Shown here piece by piece: positions 27,368 through 36,434 of a stretch of 64,000 bases of DNA. Source of the stretch: an uncultured Chloroflexia bacterium (GTDB taxonomy: Bacteria > Chloroflexota > Anaerolineae > Promineifilales > Promineifilaceae); contig CAWAPO010000005.1 of assembly GCA_963783985.1 (NCBI GenBank), forward strand, positions 225,306-289,305. Reading direction: 5' to 3'. The translations under genes were made by a program, and so were the position numbers. The notes beneath the pieces are model-generated. The model ran no database searches and was not told the origin of the DNA. It worked only from the letters and a program-made list of their open reading frames with translations. Position 1 is the first letter of the stretch; each line of letters starts with the position of its first letter.

Positions 27368-28033
27368 GTGAACGACTGGCTTGGCATTCTCATCTGCATG
27401 GCATACATTTTTTTTCTGATTGGTCTTGCCGAGGGACTGCGACACTGGCGCGGGTACAGCAGTTTCTTCACACGAAAAGTCGTTCATATTGGCGTGGGAA
27501 TGCTCATATGGGCAGTCCCGTTTCTTTTTTCGAGCCCATGGCCTTTCATGCTCGCCTGCTTCGGTTTTGCCGCGCTGACCTTTCTTGACTGGCGGTTTGG
27601 CTTTTTCAAAGCGATGGCCAGCAGCAATCGACAGAATTTGGGAACAGTCTATTTCCCATTGGCTGCTGCTGCCGTAGTCTATGTGTTTTGGGACACACCG
27701 CCGCTCTTGGTAGCTGCTTTGATGCCTCTGACTTTGGGAGACGGCCTGGCGCCTGTGTTTGGCAAACTACTTGGAAAACATGGCTATGTCGTCTTCGGCA
27801 GCAGGCGGACAGTTGAGGGTTCTGTAGCCTTCTTCATCGCATCAGCAATTGGAACCTGGTTCGCTTTGTGGATTATGCCTGGACTTCCGGAGCTTTCTGC
27901 GCTTGAGGCCATCCTTCCGGCGTTGGTCGTCGCCGTGGCCACAACATTGGTAGAAGCCGTCTCCATCTGGGGCGTTGATAATCTCACAGTCACGGCCACG
28001 GCCATGATTATTCTGAGCTTCTGGCCGTTCTAG
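27368..28033 (+). CDS. Polyprenol/phytol/dolichol kinase-like (CdsA-related CTP-transferase superfamily) membrane protein
   Basis: 6-7 TM helices, with LGDGLAPVFGKLLGKH and RTVEGSVAFF motifs. GTG start. Confidence 0.6.
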   Translation: MNDWLGILICMAYIFFLIGLAEGLRHWRGYSSFFTRKVVHIGVGMLIWAVPFLFSSPWPFMLACFGFAALTFLDWRFGFFKAMASSNRQNLGTVYFPLAAAAVVYVFWDTPPLLVAALMPLTLGDGLAPVFGKLLGKHGYVVFGSRRTVEGSVAFFIASAIGTWFALWIMPGLPELSALEAILPALVVAVATTLVEAVSIWGVDNLTVTATAMIILSFWPF

Positions 28034-28042
28034 ATAATCCGC

Positions 28043-28699
28043 CTACCAACCTTCGTCGCCTATCAAAGGCACGAAAGCAACTGCGCCCCAATCCTTCTCC
28101 TGAAACGTATCTTTGGCTATCCTCTTCACACAGATCAACTGCTGGTGACGTTCGGATCGACCCACAGGAATCATCAGCCGGCCCTGGTCGGCCAGCTGGT
28201 GCTTCAAGGATTCAGGGACGGACGGCCCTCCGGCGGAAACGATAATGCCGTCATAGGGCGCTGCCGCCGGCCAACCCAAGGTGCCATCGCCTTGATGCAC
28301 CTGTACGTTGGCATAGTTCAGCGCATTGAGCCGCTGGCGCGCGTATTGGACAAGTTCCTCAATACGCTCCACTGTATGCACTTCACGAACGATCTGCCCT
28401 AACAGGGCGGCCGCGTAACCCGACCCAGTTCCGATTTCCAGTACACGATCATCTCCTTGCAAGCCCAAGCGGCTGATCATGAGGGCAACGACATATGGCT
28501 GAGAAATAGTCTGCCCACCGGGAAGCGGCAGTGGCGTATCGTCGTATGCCTGATGCCGGTATCGTTCCGGCACAAACAGTTCCCGTGGCACTGCGCGCAT
28601 TGCCTTCAAAACGGCTGCATCTTCGATCCCGCGTCCGGCAATCTGTTGATCAACCATGCGGCAGCGACTTCGTTCGAACTCTTCTAGCCTCTTATCCAT
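28043..28699 (-). CDS. pcm: Protein-L-isoaspartate O-methyltransferase
   Basis: GQTISQPYVVALM and VLEIGTGSGYAAALL motifs. Confidence 0.9.
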   Translation of the reverse strand: MDKRLEEFERSRCRMVDQQIAGRGIEDAAVLKAMRAVPRELFVPERYRHQAYDDTPLPLPGGQTISQPYVVALMISRLGLQGDDRVLEIGTGSGYAAALLGQIVREVHTVERIEELVQYARQRLNALNYANVQVHQGDGTLGWPAAAPYDGIIVSAGGPSVPESLKHQLADQGRLMIPVGRSERHQQLICVKRIAKDTFQEKDWGAVAFVPLIGDEGW

Positions 28700-28837
28700 T
28701 CCGCCGTCATTTGTTATTCTGAAATGCGCCCATATAATAACGTCGCTATGTGGATACGCACGCGCACATAGATTTTAGCATACGCCACAAAAGGGAAACA
28801 CAATCACCATGTCACCGCACTTGCCTGGACTCATCTG

Positions 28838-30115
28838 ATGAGTGAGATAACGGCACCAGTCACTGCGCCTCAGAAACGCACAGTCAGCGTATTGTTCTCC
28901 GCATCCGGCCTCTTCTCGGCGAGCATGATCGCTTCATTTACACTGTCGGCGATCATTGCCGCAGATTTGTCCGGCAATGAGACTTTAGCCGGCCTGCCTA
29001 ACACGTTGGGCCTAATCGGGCGAGCCGCCTTCGCCGTTCCTTTCGGGTTCTTGATGGATAGAATCGGGCGACGTCTATCTCTTAGCTTCGGATACGCTGT
29101 TGCCATACTGGGCAGCATCATCTCTGTATGGGCCACAAGCAGTCAAAATCTCGTCTTGTTCCTAATCGGCGCACTTTATCTTGGTATGTCGCGCGCTGCC
29201 GGGGATCAGAGCCGCTACGTTGGTGCGGAAGTGTTCCCAATAGACAGGAGAGCAAAAGTAATCGGCATCATTGTCTCCGCGGGAACGGTCGGCGCCATCC
29301 TTGGCCCCCTTCTCGTTCCCCTGAGCACGACCTGGATGATCCGTTTGGGTCTTCCTGAAGCCGCGGGTCCGTTTCTCATTTCTGCCGTTCTTCTCATCGG
29401 CGCGTCAGCCATTGTCTTCATTTTTCTCAAACCGGATCCCCAACAGCTTGGACAAGCAATTGCTGATCAGGAAGCGGCCGAAAACCTTGAAAGCATCGAA
29501 AACCTCACCGGAGACGGCCGTCCACTGCGCGAAATCTTTGCCGCTCCAATGGTCCAATTGGCTGTCCTCTCCATGATCCTCAGCTTCTTTGTCATGTCTA
29601 TGCTCATGGTAATCACGCCGCTGCATATGGACCGCAATGATCACACAACGGCGGCCATCTCAACCGTAATCATGGCCCACACCCTGGGTATGTTCGGCCT
29701 CTCCTGGTTTACGGGCTGGCTGATCGATCGTTTCGGTAGGGTGCAAATGATAGTTGGCGGTGTGGGCATATTGGCGATCTCCTGTGTCCTGGCCCCCCTT
29801 TCACTGCTCCTGCCAATCCTCGGCCTCGCCCTTTTCTTATTGGGTCTCGGCTGGAACTTCTGTTTCGTGGCCGGTTCGACGCTGCTCTCAGATGCCTTGG
29901 CGCAGCAAGAACGGGGGCGCGCGCAGGGCGCCAGCGAGATGCTCGTTGCCTTGGGTTCCGGTATCGCCAGTCTGACAACAGGCTTGCTCTTCGCCCAAGG
30001 CCAATTTCTCCTCGTCAGCCTCACTGGTTTGGCGGGAACGATTCTGCTGCTGGTGATGACAATACTGCTTGTAAGGCGTGACAAGCAAACGGTGGCCGCA
30101 GCAGCGGCTGATTAA
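28838..30115 (+). CDS. MFS transporter
   Basis: 12 TM helices with the DRIGRR loop motif. Confidence 0.85.
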   Translation: MSEITAPVTAPQKRTVSVLFSASGLFSASMIASFTLSAIIAADLSGNETLAGLPNTLGLIGRAAFAVPFGFLMDRIGRRLSLSFGYAVAILGSIISVWATSSQNLVLFLIGALYLGMSRAAGDQSRYVGAEVFPIDRRAKVIGIIVSAGTVGAILGPLLVPLSTTWMIRLGLPEAAGPFLISAVLLIGASAIVFIFLKPDPQQLGQAIADQEAAENLESIENLTGDGRPLREIFAAPMVQLAVLSMILSFFVMSMLMVITPLHMDRNDHTTAAISTVIMAHTLGMFGLSWFTGWLIDRFGRVQMIVGGVGILAISCVLAPLSLLLPILGLALFLLGLGWNFCFVAGSTLLSDALAQQERGRAQGASEMLVALGSGIASLTTGLLFAQGQFLLVSLTGLAGTILLLVMTILLVRRDKQTVAAAAAD

Positions 30116-30128
30116 GTACCTTAGCCGG

Positions 30129-30157
30129 GCTGTCAGCCGGCCGTTTGTGAGCTAAAA
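30129..30157 (+). promoter_or_regulatory. Candidate kamA promoter CTGTCA-17-TAAAAT, implying a leader of about 150 nt
   Basis: Hexamers at 30129-30134 and 30152-30157. Confidence 0.3.
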
Positions 30158-30311
30158 TCCATTAAAGCTTTGATCCTAACGGCCCGTGACCTTTCACCCG
30201 TGGACTTGTCCGCCATCTGTGAGTACAGGACACCGTCTATCTACGAGAGCAATCTGCCGGGAGACACCGTCATGGAGCGACTACAGCAGCCAGAACCAGG
30301 AGCAGGAAACG

Positions 30312-31736
30312 ATGGCCATTGAGAAACTAGCGTTAACAGATAAGGTTTACACGCGCGCACCCTATTGGGAAGATGTCCCGGACGAGAAATGGATGGATTG
30401 GCGCTGGCAGATGAGCCACCGCCTGAACAGCGTGGATGAATTGGAAAAAGTGATCAACTTGACCAAATCGGAACGGAAAGCGTTGGCCGTCCCCGGCCTA
30501 TTTCGTGTCGACATCACCCCTTATTTCGCCAGCCTTATCGATGCGGACGATCCAGGCTGCCCGGTACGCCGGCAAGTAATCCCCACGGATCGGGAGATGG
30601 TTTCTTTTGAATCCATGATGGAAGATTCTTTGGCTGAAGACAAACACTCACCCGTTCCGGGTCTTGTCCATCGCTATCCTGATCGCGTCCTGATGCTGGT
30701 TACGACGCAGTGCGCCAGCTACTGCCGCTACTGTACACGCAGCCGGATCGTTGGGGATCCGACGCAGACCTTCAGCCGGCCGGAGTTTGATGCCCAAATC
30801 GACTATATTGAAAGGACCCCCCAAATTCGTGACGTGCTTCTTTCCGGCGGGGACCCCATGGTCCTCGCTCCAAAACTGCTGGATATGATTCTTGCCCGCC
30901 TGCGCGCCATACCCCACGTGGAAATCGTGCGTCTTGGCTCTCGCGTGCCGGTTTTTCTGCCGATGCGCATTGATGAACAGTTCTGTGAAATGGCATCGAA
31001 ATACCACCCGTTGTGGATCAACATCCACGTCAATCATCCCAAGGAAATCACGCCCGAACTCGCTGCGGCCGCAGACCGGCTGACCCGCGCCGGCGTGCCT
31101 TTGGGGAACCAGAGCGTTCTGCTCGCGGGCGTGAACGACTCAGTGAGAATTCAACGTAAACTCGTTCACGACCTGGTGAAGATCCGCGTAAGGCCCTATT
31201 ATCTTTATCAATGCGATCTGGTCGCAGGATCGGGCCACTTTCGCACAAGTGTCAGCAAAGGTGTGGAAATTATGGAAGGTCTTCGCGGGCATACATCCGG
31301 CTATGCAGTTCCCACCTACGTAGTCGATGCCCCTGGGGGCGGAGGCAAGATACCGGTGCAGCCAAACTATGTACTCTCACAAAGTCCGGGCAAGGTGGTC
31401 CTGCGCAATTTCGAAGGGTTTATAACGACTTACAGCGAGCCCAATGATTACGATCCGCAGGAGATCGTGGATCAGGAAGCGCTTGTTGAACCGCGACCGG
31501 AACCGGGCCAAGAAGGGATTTATGCCCTCCTGCAGGGTCGCAAAATGTTTATTGAACCGGAAGGCTTTGGCTCGGTCCATGCAAGAGGTGGCGCCGAACA
31601 TCGCTTACGCAGTGGCGACTTGACCAAGAAGTGGCAGCCGTTGGGGATTGGCGCCCTGGAGGGTGAAGAGCTCGCGGCGGGAAAGAAAACAGAGAAGGAA
31701 GCGTTGTCGTCCGGAGAAGAAGAAGACCAAGCATAA
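30312..31736 (+). CDS. kamA: Lysine 2,3-aminomutase (radical SAM, PLP)
   Basis: CASYCRYCTRSR radical-SAM cluster motif, LLSGGDP, and the PGGGGKIP PLP-lysine motif. The start was set to the ATG at 30312 (MAIEKLALTDKVYTRAPYWEDVPDEKWMDWRWQ). Confidence 0.9.
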   Translation: MAIEKLALTDKVYTRAPYWEDVPDEKWMDWRWQMSHRLNSVDELEKVINLTKSERKALAVPGLFRVDITPYFASLIDADDPGCPVRRQVIPTDREMVSFESMMEDSLAEDKHSPVPGLVHRYPDRVLMLVTTQCASYCRYCTRSRIVGDPTQTFSRPEFDAQIDYIERTPQIRDVLLSGGDPMVLAPKLLDMILARLRAIPHVEIVRLGSRVPVFLPMRIDEQFCEMASKYHPLWINIHVNHPKEITPELAAAADRLTRAGVPLGNQSVLLAGVNDSVRIQRKLVHDLVKIRVRPYYLYQCDLVAGSGHFRTSVSKGVEIMEGLRGHTSGYAVPTYVVDAPGGGGKIPVQPNYVLSQSPGKVVLRNFEGFITTYSEPNDYDPQEIVDQEALVEPRPEPGQEGIYALLQGRKMFIEPEGFGSVHARGGAEHRLRSGDLTKKWQPLGIGALEGEELAAGKKTEKEALSSGEEEDQA

Positions 31737-31869
31737 TCGCCCCCGCCTCGTGACGCGCATGAGTCAGAGACGACCTCTTCAAGATTATGGCCAGGTTATC
31801 ATTAACTTATTCTCACCTTAAGCACTCTTCATATTGCAGTAAAAGCATGGTGAAATCGGCCGCAGTGGG

Positions 31870-31898
31870 TAGACAGAGTTTACAGTAACCTTTATAAT
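31870..31898 (+). promoter_or_regulatory. Near-consensus promoter TAGACA-17-TATAAT
   Basis: -35 at 31870-31875, exact 17-nt spacer, and a perfect -10 at 31893-31898, in an AT-rich intergenic region. Confidence 0.45.
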
Positions 31899-31972
31899 GC
31901 AGAGCAACAGGGAAGAATTCACATCGTAGGTTTTACATTGTATTCAGTTTTATGTAAGACTCGGGAAAGCGA

Positions 31973-32140
31973 ATGATTGTTGTTTTGATGGTACTGGCTC
32001 TCATGGTAATTAGCACTGTTCTTGTCGTTGCAGCGGGAATGTTGTCGTCTCGCTTGAGCAGACAAGAAGGTCGCGTTGAATCATTTGTAGAGATTCAACC
32101 TGCGGATGATCCATTGATGCAGCCGCGCTCTATTGATTGA
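31973..32140 (+). CDS. Small ORF, 55 codons: N-terminal TM helix plus charged tail (hypothetical; below the ORF-track cutoff)
   Basis: Hand translation gives MIVVLMVLALMVISTVLVVAAGMLSSRLSRQEGRVESFVEIQPADDPLMQPRSID. It sits between the promoter above and the terminator below. The SD (GGGAAAG) is weak. Confidence 0.3.
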   Translation: MIVVLMVLALMVISTVLVVAAGMLSSRLSRQEGRVESFVEIQPADDPLMQPRSID

Positions 32141-32200
32141 GCCACTGGGAAAACAGTAGGATCGACCGCGGTTACACGGGTCTCTTAATATGATAGTTTC

Positions 32201-32235
32201 AGCCGCCACACGGCCGTGTGGCGGCTGTTGTTTAT
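32201..32235 (+). terminator. Strong rho-independent terminator
   Basis: Perfect 11-bp stem agccgccacac / gtgtggcggct with loop ggcc, followed by gTTgTTTaT. Confidence 0.65.
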
Positions 32236-32250
32236 CCGTATCAGTCTATG

Positions 32251-32457
32251 CTACTCAAGCGCAAAGCCGATTTTGACCGTTACCTGCCACTGCGGCTTCA
32301 ACTCCTTGTCAATTCCACCCCGAATCTCCTGTACTTCAAACCAGCTCAAGTGGCGAACGGTCTCCGAGGCCTTGGCAATAGCGTTGTTAATGGCATCTTC
32401 AATACTTGTACTCGACGTACCCGTTATGTCGATTTTCTTGTAGACGGTATCATTCAT
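32251..32457 (-). CDS. Dodecin-family flavin-binding protein
   Basis: MNDTVYKKIDITGTSSTSIEDAINNAIAKASETVRHLSWFEVQEIRGGI...KIGFALE has typical dodecin length and sequence. AGGAG precedes the ATG at 32457. Confidence 0.8.
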   Translation of the reverse strand: MNDTVYKKIDITGTSSTSIEDAINNAIAKASETVRHLSWFEVQEIRGGIDKELKPQWQVTVKIGFALE

Positions 32458-32650
32458 CGGTCTCTCCTTTATAAGAGTGTCTGTCTTTACAACAAGCAAA
32501 TAAACCAGTCAGTTGACGATAGGCAATGGTAAGACGCCCACAGCGAATGAGCAAATAGCGGCGCCCGTCTCTCCTGAGGGCGAATTAGGCCGATATAAGT
32601 CAATCGGCCCGCCTATTGCCCCCTGACTGTGCATTGATTAGGATCACGCT

Positions 32651-33928
32651 ATGTTACTAAGACGAACCATTCGCGGCGTTCTTCTGTTCCTGATTGTTCT
32701 GGCAGCGATTCTATTGCTGGCTCCGGAATGGTCCGCCTCGGCCAGTGAGGAGAGCCGCTTGCAAAGTATTGTCGGCCTGCTTGAGTATGACTTCCTCGTC
32801 TGGGAATCAGATGCTTTCTTCGGCAAGGGCCAAACGGCGCTGAGCCGTGGGCCGCAGTTTCTGGATGAGGCGTCCAGAAAGCAGGTCGTAATGGACTATC
32901 TAGCGTTGGTCAGCCGTGCTCAGGGAGTTGAGGCAGAACTCAACCGTTTCTACAGCGATCCGGAAATTCCTGATCCAGCATCGCAAACGCAAGATCTACA
33001 ACGCGAACTTCAGGAAATCAGGGGTGAGATAGAAGAGCAGCAGCTGCTAGCGGAAGGCATTGTCCAGGAACAAGTAGCCACGATTCTGGCTGAGCAAGAC
33101 TTGGAGCTGTTCGGGCAGGCGTGGCCGCCTGTACTGATGCATGTGACGCAGGTCCCTTCTCTGCTGGTCGTATCACCCCGCGATCGGATTGAAAAGATTC
33201 ACCAGGTAGCTTTAGAACATGGCCTTTCTACACCGACAAAAGAACTGCTAGAAAGCGGAGTCGCTGATAGGCTCGATCAATCTGGGCTTGTTGTTCCCCT
33301 CGGTGGGATAGGCACCTTTCCAGCGATGATTGTGGAGACTAGCAGCATCAATCGGCTCGCCGAGGTAGTAGCACATGAATGGACGCATCATTGGCTTACG
33401 CTCAAGCCTCTGGGCGCGGGCTATGCGCTCGATCCTGATGTCCGCATCATCAACGAAACCGTCGCTTCTTTGGTTGATCAAGAATTGGGGCAATTGGTCG
33501 TTGAGCGCTACTACCCAGAGCTGCTGCCGCCGCCGCCCGTGGAAGAAACAAGTTCACAGCAAGCGCCTGATCCGGCGGCATTCGATTTTCAATTCGAGCT
33601 CGCCGATACGCGCGTAAACGTTGAAGAGCTGCTCGCCGACGGCCGTATTGAAGAAGCAGAGGCCTATATGGAAGATAGAAGACTTGTCTTCAGGGAAAAT
33701 GGGTACGACATCCGCAAGTTGAACCAGGCATTTTTCGCTTTCTACGGAGCCTATGCGGCCGAACCGGGAGGGGCTCAGGGTGAGAATCCTATTGGTCCTA
33801 TGCTGCGCGAGATTCAGGCGCAAACGCCGTCCGTCAAAGCGTTCCTGGAAACTGTAGCCCCAATCACGAGCCTTAAGGAGTTGTTCGACGTTCACGAGCG
33901 TGTGACCGCTCGCGGTTCAGAGGGCTAA
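32651..33928 (+). CDS. Membrane-anchored hypothetical protein with HExxH motif (putative Zn-metallopeptidase)
   Basis: N-terminal TM or signal anchor, a coiled region, then VVAHEWTHHW. I do not recognise a named family. Confidence 0.6.
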   Translation: MLLRRTIRGVLLFLIVLAAILLLAPEWSASASEESRLQSIVGLLEYDFLVWESDAFFGKGQTALSRGPQFLDEASRKQVVMDYLALVSRAQGVEAELNRFYSDPEIPDPASQTQDLQRELQEIRGEIEEQQLLAEGIVQEQVATILAEQDLELFGQAWPPVLMHVTQVPSLLVVSPRDRIEKIHQVALEHGLSTPTKELLESGVADRLDQSGLVVPLGGIGTFPAMIVETSSINRLAEVVAHEWTHHWLTLKPLGAGYALDPDVRIINETVASLVDQELGQLVVERYYPELLPPPPVEETSSQQAPDPAAFDFQFELADTRVNVEELLADGRIEEAEAYMEDRRLVFRENGYDIRKLNQAFFAFYGAYAAEPGGAQGENPIGPMLREIQAQTPSVKAFLETVAPITSLKELFDVHERVTARGSEG

Positions 33929-33930
33929 TC

Positions 33931-33965
33931 CAAAAGACCCCATCTTGCAGAGGCTGCAAGATGGG
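33931..33965 (-). terminator. Rho-independent terminator of trxB (shared by convergent genes)
   Basis: 11-bp stem cccatcttgca / tgcaagatggg with loop gaggc. On the minus strand it is followed by TCTTTTGG. Confidence 0.7.
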
Positions 33966-34002
33966 CTGAGGCAAACTAACTGGCAGATGCGGAATCCCTT
34001 GC

Positions 34003-34935
34003 TCACTCTTGCTGGCTGAGCCAGCGCTCAAGCTGAATGCCTGCCGCGGCGCCCTGTCCCACCGATGTTGCAACTTGCCGGAAGACAGGATCTTGAATTT
34101 CACCGGCGGCGAACACACCAGGGACATTGGTACGCATCAGTTCATCCGTGATAACGTAGCCATGCTCATCCATGGCCACCTGTCCAATCAAGAATTTGCT
34201 GTTCGGATAGTGGCCGATGAATATGAAGACACCATCGGTTGCGATCTCTTCTTTTTCACCCGTCTTGCGATTCGTTACCTTGATGCCGGTGACTGTCCCA
34301 TTCCCCTCAATCTCATCAATGACTGTATCCCAAACAAAAGACATCTTTTCATTTTCAAAAGCGCGACGCTGCAGTGTAGGGCCAGCACGAAGCTCGTCCC
34401 GGCGGTGAACAACTTCAACTTTGTCGGCAAAACGGGTGAGAAAAATCCCTTCTTCCATGGCGCTGTCACCGCCGCCGACGACGACAACATCTTTGCCGCG
34501 AAAGAAGAATCCATCACAGGTGCCGCAGTAGCTTACCCCGCGTCCGATGAATTCTTCTTCACCGGGCACATTCAGGTGGCGCGGTGAAGCGCCCGCGCAA
34601 ATAATGACGGCATCCGCGAGGTACTCCTCGCCATAACTCTTCACCATAAATGGCGGCCCCGCGCTGAAGTCCACTTCCACGACCTCATCGTAAACGAGGC
34701 GCGCGCCAAAGTGCTCTGCCTGGGTCTGCATCACCTGCACGAGATCTGGCCCTGTCGGCGGATTTTCCACAGAAAAAAAGCCTGGATAATTTTCGATTTC
34801 ACTGGTTATGGCTATCTGGCCGCCGATCAGAGTACCGGCAATGACCAATGGATCTAACTGGGCGCGCGCGGTATAGAGGGCCGCCGACAAACCGGCGGGC
34901 CCTGAACCAATGATAACGACTCGTTCTTTTTGCAT
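34003..34935 (-). CDS. trxB: Thioredoxin-disulfide reductase
   Basis: IIGSGPAGLSAALY, redox-active CGTCDG, and the GGGDSAMEE NADPH motif. Confidence 0.95.
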   Translation of the reverse strand: MQKERVVIIGSGPAGLSAALYTARAQLDPLVIAGTLIGGQIAITSEIENYPGFFSVENPPTGPDLVQVMQTQAEHFGARLVYDEVVEVDFSAGPPFMVKSYGEEYLADAVIICAGASPRHLNVPGEEEFIGRGVSYCGTCDGFFFRGKDVVVVGGGDSAMEEGIFLTRFADKVEVVHRRDELRAGPTLQRRAFENEKMSFVWDTVIDEIEGNGTVTGIKVTNRKTGEKEEIATDGVFIFIGHYPNSKFLIGQVAMDEHGYVITDELMRTNVPGVFAAGEIQDPVFRQVATSVGQGAAAGIQLERWLSQQE

Positions 34936-35141
34936 CTTACTTATCCTCAGTACTAAACAACGGGCAGCATGCTTGCCGTAGATATCTCCAACTCTTTCGA
35001 CGCGTGGAAAGACTCAATTCTTACTGGCAGATGGTGCTATTTTACCCGCGGCTCATTCATTGATTCTATCTTGACGGATAATGTCTAACAACCGGCCAAT
35101 CAGCTCTTGTGATGGAATGGGACGACGGCCGTTTTTTGAAC

Positions 35142-35912
35142 TCAAACAGGTGGCCAGGGGTAGTGACGTCCAGGACCCGGAACGGGGAATTTGCGCTCGC
35201 GCAGGAGGCGGTCGACCCGGCTTTGCAGTGCTTCTATTTCCTTCTCGTTTAGCAAATAGGCAAGCTCCGCCAGCAAGCTGCCACCAGGATCTTGAAGCGC
35301 CAGCTGAAGCGCTTCTAAATCAGCGAGGAAAGAAGCAGGGATCTGATCACCCGCAAACTCCCAGATGACTGTGCGCAATTTGTATGCCTCATGGAAGCAA
35401 ATGCCATGATCAATGCCCCAGAGATGAGTCTCTTCGATTATGGGATCTTCAATGTCTTCATCAAGTTTTTCAATCAGAACATGGCCCCCTTTGCGGTCGG
35501 CATTATTGATGATCGCATCAAATAAGGTCATTTTCTGCAAGGGGCGGCGAAAGAGAGGGTCTCCTTCAAATGAAAAATAGTGCTGATCAGGATCGTGGGC
35601 GACAAAGAACTGAACCGAGCCCAGCCCGTGCTGGCCATCACGCAGTACTGTGGGCGGGACCAAATCCCAGCCCAGTGCCTCACTAACCGTAAAGGCTGCC
35701 TGTTCGCGCAAGCTCAGCGTACCCTGTGGAAAATCCCACAAGGGTCTTTCCCCACGGCGTGGCTTATAAACGGCAGGCAGCTCAACTTCTTCCGCGCAAA
35801 GGGTGACCAGGAAAGCATAGTTTGAACTCCAGGGCAGAACGCCTTCGATCTCCATTACCCCCGTCTGCAGAACGCGCAGGGCAAGCGCCTTGTCGCCGGC
35901 ATTCATGGGCAT
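35142..35912 (-). CDS. SCO1664-family protein (PI3/4-kinase-like fold, function unknown)
   Basis: Catalytic-loop-like IINNADRKGGHVL and WGIDHGICFH. The start was set to the ATG at 35912, 4 nt after the upstream stop. Confidence 0.75.
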   Translation of the reverse strand: MPMNAGDKALALRVLQTGVMEIEGVLPWSSNYAFLVTLCAEEVELPAVYKPRRGERPLWDFPQGTLSLREQAAFTVSEALGWDLVPPTVLRDGQHGLGSVQFFVAHDPDQHYFSFEGDPLFRRPLQKMTLFDAIINNADRKGGHVLIEKLDEDIEDPIIEETHLWGIDHGICFHEAYKLRTVIWEFAGDQIPASFLADLEALQLALQDPGGSLLAELAYLLNEKEIEALQSRVDRLLRERKFPVPGPGRHYPWPPV

Positions 35913-35916
35913 TCGC

Positions 35917-36432
35917 TCAGTGCCGATGCCCGTTGCGATTCGGGCAGAAATGCCCGTCGGGATCGATCGGCCGGCCGCAATTGCCGCATATCGGCCGTCC
36001 CGAAGCAACGATCTCTCGCGCACGCACAACGAGCGCTTCCATCTGGCCACGCGAAGCCCAATAGCTCACCACGTTGGGCTCTTCATCCTCATCAACCAGC
36101 TCATAGGCCACGAGGACAACCTGGTTTGCCGCTTCGTTAAAGCCCATTCCCATATTGCCAACGCGAAACAGTTCCTCCACAGGTTCGCGCAGACGCATAT
36201 CTTGGAGAATCGATTCATCCCCATCCCTTGTTTCCGCCGGATGCTTCTCCTCAAGTTCTTCCAAGAAGGTCTCTAGACTACTGGCTAGCATCGACGCCTG
36301 CTGTTTTTCGATCACGAGGGAAACGATCTGGGAACCCCGTCCGCCCTGCAAGTAAAATGTACGTTGACCAGGCGGGCCAATCGTACCAATGGTCAAATAT
36401 GAGACTGGATTGAGTTCTATTTGATGAGCCAT
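35917..36432 (-). CDS. DUF3090-family protein with C-terminal Zn-ribbon-like CGNCG...C motif (function unknown)
   Basis: 171 aa, MAHQIELNPVSYLTIGTIGPPGQRTFYLQ...CGNCGRPIDPDGHFCPNRNGH. Matches my recollection of the TIGR03847/DUF3090 architecture. Confidence 0.75.
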   Translation of the reverse strand: MAHQIELNPVSYLTIGTIGPPGQRTFYLQGGRGSQIVSLVIEKQQASMLASSLETFLEELEEKHPAETRDGDESILQDMRLREPVEELFRVGNMGMGFNEAANQVVLVAYELVDEDEEPNVVSYWASRGQMEALVVRAREIVASGRPICGNCGRPIDPDGHFCPNRNGHRH

Positions 36433-36434
36433 GC

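Noticed and set aside
30164-30311. Possible lysine (L-box) riboswitch in the kamA leader
   Set aside because: I could not find the conserved L-box core sequences or its multi-stem organisation by eye. The question stays open until an Rfam cmsearch is run.
31849-32147. Cobalamin-riboswitch-like fragments GGTGAAATC (31849-31857) and GCCACTG (32141-32147)
   Set aside because: The two fragments are about 290 nt apart and are separated by a promoter and an ORF. The other conserved B12-element features are missing, and no B12-related gene lies downstream.
32588-32609. 7-bp-stem hairpin GGCCGAT-ataagtca-ATCGGCC upstream of the HExxH gene
   Set aside because: It has no U-tract, so it is not a terminator, and it is too short and isolated to call a regulatory element without comparative data.
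35115-35141. acggccgt palindrome followed by TTTTTT just downstream of the kinase-like gene
   Set aside because: The T-run is on the plus strand, where nothing is transcribed into it. The stem is only 4 bp with no loop, so it is not a credible terminator for the minus-strand operon.
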